Source: Neophaeotheca triangularis
Taxonomy: Eukaryota
DNA length: 64,000 nt
Direction of reading: 5' to 3'
Assembly (NCBI GenBank): GCA_054600435.1
Contig: BAAIJX010000004.1
Coordinates: forward strand, 372,001-436,000
Of this stretch, positions 59,558 to 64,000 are shown in pieces (the first letter of the stretch is position 1; every line of letters starts with the position of its first letter). The notes beneath the pieces were generated by a model that did not search any database, was not told the DNA's origin, and was given only the letters and a program-made list of their open reading frames with translations. The position numbers were made by a program, and so were the translations under genes.

Positions 59558-61005
59558 CTACGCTACCCACTCAGCGGCCTTGACCCTCTCACAGACCTTC
59601 AGCAAGACATCAGCAGCCCATTCAAAATCATCAAGCGTCAGATAGACTTGAGAGCTCAGCCTCATCCACCAAGCCTCGCCGTAGAAAATAATGGCAATGA
59701 AGGTGTCGTACTCTTCGACGAGCAGCTGTGCAATCCACTGAGCAATCTTAATCGCCTTGCCGTGATCAGAGCCCGCCTCCGACTCAAAAGACAAAGGAAG
59801 GCGAACATTAGCAAAGTTACACTTGCCAAGCGTGCCCTCCTCGTTCTCGAGCACCTCCGTCCCCAACTTCTTCGACACGACATCACCAGCCTGTCGAGCT
59901 AGTTGTGCCGTGTAGGCCATGACCGCTTCCTCGCCCGATTCTGCCGCCCACGTCAACTTCTTCCGCCATTCGATCGCCGCTGGCACACAGAGGTACGGGC
60001 TGTTGTCCATCGTCCCAACAAACTCAAAATTCGTAACATAGTCCGACTTTCCACTGGGCGGGAGCGGATTGTTGATGGTCGCCTCAGTAGCCTTGGGCTG
60101 ATACCCATGACTCGTCGGCAGAGTGGAACGGACAAGATGCTGGTTCCTCTCAGGCACATAAAAGACCGCACAGCCCCGGGGCACATGCAGCCACTTGTGG
60201 CAATTTGATACGAAAAAGTCCGGGTCCAGAGCCCCCAGATCGAGCGGAATGTGGCCGATTCCGTGAGCCCCGTCGACGCAAGACAGAACGCCGTGCTCCC
60301 TGCAAAGCTCGGTGAGCCGCTCAAACGGCATTCGGACCCCGGGCAACGAGACTATCGTATCGAAGATGGCAATCCTCGGCCTCTTACCCTGCGCCTTAAT
60401 CTCCCTTACAGCCTTCTCAAAAGCCGCACACAGAAACTCATCCGAGACCGGATAAGTATACGCAACCTTCCAGCTCTCCGCCTCGGTCGTCTCACACACA
60501 TAAGACACCGTCTTCTCGCACGCGCCGTAGATTGTCGCAAAGTAGACGATAACGTCACCGGCCTGGAAATCCAGACCCCGCATCACGGTGTTGATTCCCG
60601 TCGTGGCGTTGGGCACGTAGACGCAAGTATCGGCCGGGGCTTTCAGCAGTTTCGCAACCGCTTCCCGCGATTCATCGAGGTTTCCAGGGTAAGCGTAGCG
60701 GATGAAGGCGTCGGGGCGGCGCTCGCTTTGGGTTTGGAAGTGTTGGAGTACATGCTTGATTGGGGTTGGGTAGGTGCCAAAGGAGCCTGGTGGCGAGTAG
60801 GTAGAATTTTTTGTTAGTTTATTGGTCTTGTCATGTTTTCTTCGTCCCAGCAGGGACGTCTCTCCGTGTCATTGTGCGCACCATGATTCAAGTTCCTGTA
60901 GCCGGCGTCGAACTGGAACTGTTTGGCCGCTTCCCGCCCGCACTCAAGGGACTTGATGTTCTCAATGTCTGTGACGCATTGCGGCTTGGTCGGTTTGGTG
61001 GCCAT
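59558..61005 (-). CDS. Class V PLP enzyme, hercynylcysteine sulfoxide lyase (Egt2) / cysteine desulfhydrase-like
   Basis: LNHG|SFGTYP spans an intron at about 60788-60881. Also NATTGINTV, VDGAHGIG and the PLP-lysine motif FVSNCHKW. Confidence 0.82.
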
Positions 61006-61404
61006 GGTGGCGGTATTTGGATCTAGCCGAATTGAATACCCGATGTCGAAGATGTAGTTGGTCTTCTCGTTACAAAGTCAAGTCCGATATTGCCTGCAAG
61101 CGTGAGTTCAGACGTGTATGTAATTGACTCATCTCGCATTATTGCCGCTTCGTCGAAGCCAGCTGGGGGTGTCCTTTTCTTGGCGCAATCATAGCGCGAA
61201 TGTCATGCGGAGGGCGCGAGAAACGTTCCGTCTTCTGTAAATACCTACCCAGTGCACAAATTAACGTCGCGTACTAAAATGAAAACCCCGAGAAGACGGT
61301 GAAAATAAGTGGTATATCGACAAAGTCTACAATCTGTCAACATTGCCAAGACGCCATCGTCCTAGCAAGTAGGTATATTGAAACTAAACGGATCATTCCA
61401 ACGT

Positions 61405-63658
61405 TCAATCGTCTCCCTTTCCCGTCGCATCACCCTCTCTCGAAGCATCTCCAGCTTTTTTCGCCTCAGCACCCGCCTCAGCCTCTTTCGTCGACCCAGC
61501 AGTCTCTTCACTCTTGCCCGTACCCGCGCGCCCCTCTTCCTTCTCCAGCTCGCTCACAGTGGTAACCCTCGGCCTCTGCGCATCGAGGTCCACAGGCGCA
61601 AAATCCACACTCTCTCTCCCTTCGCCAGAAAGCCTGCCACCAAGACCTCCCTGCCTCCCCGCCATGCTCTCGCGAGGACTCGCGGTAGCCGAAGTCGTAG
61701 TCGAGGGCGAAGCGGCGCCCTTGCTCGCACCACCTCCCCAACCTGTCTTTCTCTTCTCGCTCGCCCAAGCGCCCCAGGAACTTAGGTAAGCGCCCGCGCG
61801 CTGGCTCGCGGCCGACACGCTGGCTTGTGCCTGCGTGAGGTCCGGTTTCTGGAAACGGCTTGCGGCGGTGATCGAAGCCGTGTGTGCCGAAGGGGAGGTA
61901 GGGGTGCCAGTGCCCCCATTGGCGGTTTTTGCCTCCTCTGCCGCCGCCCGAGCTTCTTCGGTGCGTTTTCTCTGCGCTTCGCGCATCACTTCAATGTCCG
62001 CCCAGACTTTGTTGAAAGCGCTGCTGACTCTGACTTGCCCATCGGCAAGCCGCTTGCCTACGACTTCTCGCGCGCCACTGAAGCGCTCATCGAGGTGCAG
62101 GTCCGATACCTGCTGGGCTAGTCTTCTCTGCACGTCTTCTATGGTCAAGCCACCTGCCATTGGGTGTCTCGGCTCGCAGATGTCGAAGAGCGAATCATCG
62201 GTCGTTCTATTCCAGAGAGTGTAGTTTTGTGTCTGTTGCCATGCTTCTACAAATATGGCAGAGAACTCGGTACTCGGGTCGCCTTCGACGTTGCCGAGGA
62301 GTGCCTTGGGGTCGTTGGTGGTATGCGTGCTGAGGTATTGGTGGTACTTCGTCGCCGACAGCAAAGCGATGATGTATTCTTCGAACTGTAATCTGATGAA
62401 TTCCTCGCTTCCTGCGTAGCCGTGCGTGGTGGGCCGTGAAGGGTCCAATTCATCCCAAGTGTCGTTGACTTGTTGCGTGAGGAAGTCCATCCATCTTCGA
62501 TCGGCTACTGTCAACGCCAGCGCGGACCGCAAGGAGGGCGACGAGATGTTGACGCTGTTGTCGTCCAGGTTGATCAACACGTCGCAGTACCTCTCCCTTT
62601 GCTGCAAGAGCAGACTGTTGGTACTACCGACAACGTAGCTCTTGGTGCCCTGGTCTGTGAGTGTGTCCAGTTGTTGGAGGGGTGTGTAAGGTCCGAAGAC
62701 TGCGCCTTCGCCGAATATTTGGAGCGGTAACCCAACATATGCCAGCATCGAACTCCGATCACTTGTCTTCACACTGTCGGGTTTCCGAAGCGTCTCTGCG
62801 TATCGATTCATCTGCGGATCAGCGCAGTCTCGCAGCGCCCTCGCCAGGCCTGGGATCAACGCTAGGAGCGAGAACTGCACCTGGCAAACCCTCTCACAGT
62901 GAGAACCAAAGAGTAGAATCTGCAGTGTATTCATTAGCCTCTCCAGTAATTTTGAGCGTAGGCTGATGCATAGCCTACCTTCGGCTGCAGTAACAAGCAC
63001 TTGAACAACACCAACGTCTGCCACTTGAACTTATGCACCAGCTCCCTCAAGCTCAGCCCAAAAGCCTGATCCCTCTCATCCTCCAAACCTCCCGAATGCT
63101 CTTTGGCCAAGCTCTCCTGAAACCTCTGTAGACCCAGCCATCGTCAGCAAAAGCGCCCTTAGGAAACCAAAGGCCGCCAGCCTAGCTACCCCCAATCAGC
63201 ACAGCAAACGTATGCGACTCACCTACCTCCAAAATCTCCCCATCCCTAAAATCCTTCTGCGCAAACCAGGCGCGTGTCACGACTCGCAACTTCTCCCGCA
63301 AGCCCCCCAACTCCCACGGCCTAGCCGTAATCACGCAGACGGCCTTCTGCACCGCACTCCTAGTGACATCGCTGCTCTTCCACTTCAGCTCATTGGCGTC
63401 AATCTGCTGGCAACAGCTGATACCGAACACGGACGTCGGCTCGGAGCTGCCAGTCGGGTCGTTGTGGACGAGCGTGAAGTAGCTGAATTCTTCCGCGTTG
63501 GCGTGGGCGCCGTCGGGCAGCGCCATGTAAGGGATGAGGTGCCAGTCGGGGTTCGATTTCACCGGGTCGCCGGCGCTGCCATGCCATTGCTCGATTTCCG
63601 GGCCACGGGCGTGATGGAAATCGACGACGCAGAGGAGTGGGGTGAATGCGGAGGCCAT
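61405..63658 (-). CDS. AVL9: Late secretory pathway protein Avl9 (DENN-like)
   Basis: Contains CVVDFHHARGPEIE, MALPDGAH, VTRSAVQKAV, GLPLQIFG, PYTPLQQLD and GSEEFIRLQFEEY. Introns at about 63129-63225 and 62920-62978. Confidence 0.92.
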
Positions 63659-64000
63659 GATGGAGGCGGAGCGTGAGGGTTGACCAGCGGCACCCAGCGT
63701 GAGGTGTCGTTGTCTAGTACCTAGTAGTAACAAGTGAAAGGTGAGGTACAAGGGGGAGGATGTTTAGTGCCGAGGGAGGGCATTCATGACTCGGCCAAGG
63801 TTCTCATGGCCCGCAGTCGTGTTTCAATGCGTCGCAAGTATATATGTTGTGTGGTAGTGGGGAGGTTCACGATCCGGTGGTGCGCCAGGTCTGCGAGTAC
63901 TAGTAGGTACCTACTGTACGCACGTACAACACATGCAGCTGGCTCACGCGACAAGACAAGTGCAGCTTTGAGTAGCTACGAGGTAAAGTGTGTATGTAGA

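Noticed and set aside
1..64000. CRISPR array, rRNA, tRNA, or a secondary-metabolite cluster around the AKR, TPP and PLP enzymes
   Set aside because: I saw no repeat-spacer array or structural RNA signature. The enzymes are interspersed with housekeeping genes, and there is no PKS, NRPS or terpene backbone gene.

Overview
This is eukaryotic, gene-dense DNA from a filamentous ascomycete, with short GT-AG introns and CTAAC/CTGAC branch sites. A Dothideomycete-like origin is my inference only. About 17 apparently intact genes are present: a BSP-family peptidase, STU1/CLASP, a LIM-RhoGAP, END3, one hypothetical, SEC62, RPL12, an O-GlcNAc transferase, the FlbD-like Myb factor, an MTC6-like protein, an aryl-alcohol dehydrogenase-type AKR, BMS1, an I9-type protease inhibitor, a TPP enzyme, an Mms1/DDB1-like protein, a TBC Rab-GAP, an Egt2-like PLP lyase and AVL9. 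Two further genes are frame-disrupted (1-2149 and 16778-17863). The main accessory feature is a complete 3,586-bp PIF/Harbinger transposon at 31940-35525. It has perfect 35-bp TIRs, a TCA target duplication, subterminal repeats, and convergent transposase and Myb/SANT genes inactivated by RIP-like stops. It lies about 3 kb upstream of flbD. Other points of interest are a candidate AUA-initiated mitochondrial presequence on the I9 inhibitor and a 10-nt microexon in the AKR catalytic motif. I found no CRISPR array, rRNA or tRNA. All product calls come from motif recognition, not database searches.
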